Below, piece after piece: positions 28,451 through 30,007 of a stretch of DNA of 30,007 bases. The stretch covers positions 254,091 through 284,097 of the forward strand of contig RQSC01000031.1 of NCBI GenBank assembly GCA_013416795.1, in the 5' to 3' direction. The DNA is from Prasinococcaceae sp. CCMP 1430 (taxonomy: Eukaryota; Plantae; Prasinodermophyta). Below the pieces are notes generated by a model that ran no database searches, was not told the origin of the DNA, and was given only the letters and a program-made list of their open reading frames with translations. Position 1 is the first letter of the stretch, and each line of letters opens with the position of its first letter. The position numbers and the translations under genes are program-made.

Positions 28451-29964
28451 TCATCGGCCTGCGGCGCGCGGAGAGAGACTGTCAGGCGCGCTCGTGTGCG
28501 CGCGCCCTCGCTTTTGGGCCCGCGCGACGCTCGAAGCGGCGGAGGCGCGCAGACGCACCCTCTGCGCGGCGACGAAGCTCCTTGTCGCTCCCTCTTCCGT
28601 GCCGGCTGCCTGCGCCTGCGACAGCCCCAGAAGGCGCAGCTCCGTGCGCGCGGTGTCGAAGGAGCTGTACATTCGCCGATACGCGCGCCGCAGCGCGCTG
28701 CGCAAGGTCGGCATGCGCCTCGCGAGCCGCCAGTCATTAGCAATGTACCAGCCCAGCGTGTCGATGTCCTACGCGCGCGCACGCGTTGCGGCCAACGCGA
28801 GGGCCCGAGTCAGCGCCGGAGGGCGACAACGCCGCGCGCCGGCCTCACGCGCGCCGGCGTCACGCGCGACGTGCCACGCGCGACCGTAAAGCGCGGCGCG
28901 CGACGACCTGCATGATTCCGAGCACCTCCTGGTGCTCCATGACGCCTTTGAGCGCCTGCGCGTAGGTGCTCCTCGTACTAGTCTGGTCCCCCGCGCCTTG
29001 AAGCTCGTACACGGGTGCCATGAGCTCAAGCGAGTAGCGGAGCTCGCGTAGGCTCTTGCGCAGCTCGTGCAAACGCGCCGCGCCGCGCGGGTCCACGCCC
29101 ATCACGCGCATGTGACGCCGCTCGGCCTTGGTGTGGGAGGCGTCGTACTGCTCGTCCGCCAGAGGCCGCTGCAGGTCGTCCATGCTCGTTGACCACGCCG
29201 GGTGCGACATAGCGGTCCTGTGCGCGACGCGGCGCGGCCGTCGGGGCGGCGGACGTATTCGGGGAGGCGCGCGTGGGCGCGCGAGGACGACGCGCGAGGC
29301 GCGACGCTCAGGTCAGGCCTCCCTGAGCTTCATTTCGCCGACTCGGCGCCTCCTTCCGTCGCGCTGGCGCGCGAGTGCAACGCGGGCGCGCGCACGGGCG
29401 AGCGTGCACGCGCGCCCCTCACCTTGCTTTCTCGAGGAGCAGCTGCGGCGCGGCGAGGTCTGCCGGCCAGTGCGCGAGCGTGCTTTCGAAGATGGGTCTC
29501 TCCGCCCACTCGCGCACGGCCTTGATGGCGCCGACCAGCTCGCGCGTGCGTTCGGGATCCGCCACCCGTTTCAGGTGGCTCGCGCGCTCGCGCGCGAGCT
29601 TGTCCCTGAGCTCCTGCAGCGCCGCTCGCTCGTCGTCGCCCGCGCAGTGCACCACCTCGTCGTCCCCCGCAATCGCGTTGAGCGTCTCCAGCATCACGTC
29701 GGCGTCGCGCACGCCGCCGATGACGCGCAGCGCCGCGCTCAGTGGACGGACAGCCACCGACTTGGCGCGGCCGTCGCCCGCGGCGAGCGCCATCAGCGGC
29801 CCGAACTGGCGCAGGGCGGTGCGCAGCCGCCGCAGCGCCACGCGCGCGTCGTGCACCAGCTCGTCTGAGGGCTCCGCGCCGCCCATCAGCCTGCGGCTCA
29901 GCTTGGTCGACTTGCCGAGCTGCGCGCGCACTGACTGGAGCGCGAGCGCACCGAGCGAGTGCGG
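28451..29964 (-). CDS. CHAD-domain (polyphosphate-binding) protein, exons >=29964-29423, 29217-28908, 28768-28451; 5' end probably outside the window
   Basis: ELVHDARVALRRLRTALRQF, IGGVRDADV, LHELRKSLRELRYSLEL and EVLGIMQ|DID are CHAD hallmarks. Two phase-compatible GT..AG introns; 1170 nt in total. Confidence 0.85.
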
Positions 29965-30007
29965 CTGGACGGGCGGCGCGGCCCGCGCGCGCGCGCGCGC
30001 GGCCTCG

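Noticed and set aside
1-30007. tRNA, rRNA, snRNA genes, CRISPR arrays, LTR or TIR elements
   Set aside because: No cloverleaf or A/B boxes, no rRNA or snRNA signatures, no repeat-spacer arrays and no terminal repeats with TSDs were seen by eye.

Overview
Very GC-rich, gene-dense eukaryotic nuclear DNA with spliceosomal introns (GTGCG.. donors, CTGAC branch points, CAG/TAG acceptors) full of (GC)n/(GT)n/(CT)n repeats. A prasinophyte-grade green alga is my inference from the plant-like proteins and telo-boxes. Genes I can support, in order: NOP56 (+, 3 exons), a DUF985-type cupin fragment inside NOP56 intron 2, a ~3,400-aa single-exon BEACH/WD40 protein (+), an atypical thioredoxin (-), ERdj3/DNAJB11 (+), an orphan ORF (-), a frameshifted Crypton-like tyrosine-recombinase remnant (+), a 74-aa ORF (+), NMD3 (-), a 5-exon orphan type II membrane protein (+), a Rad21/Rec8 kleisin with Rec8-like features (-), a J-domain joined to a fucosyltransferase-like domain (+) and an intron-containing CHAD-domain protein (-). 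The strangest signal is a 722-bp copy of the NOP56 upstream region inside NOP56 intron 2 (exact offset 1689). Two blocks of that copy (94 and 60 bp) are the base-for-base complement of the first copy without being reversed. Known polymerase chemistry does not produce this, and a few colour-space or encoding errors would explain it. Other notable items are a recurring ATCAAAAYGCA motif and two copies of a hairpin followed by C46. The assembly is clearly imperfect (three single Ns, a 422-N gap, several 1-nt frameshifts), so the fusions and truncations need read-level checks. Family assignments come from motif recognition from memory, not from database searches.
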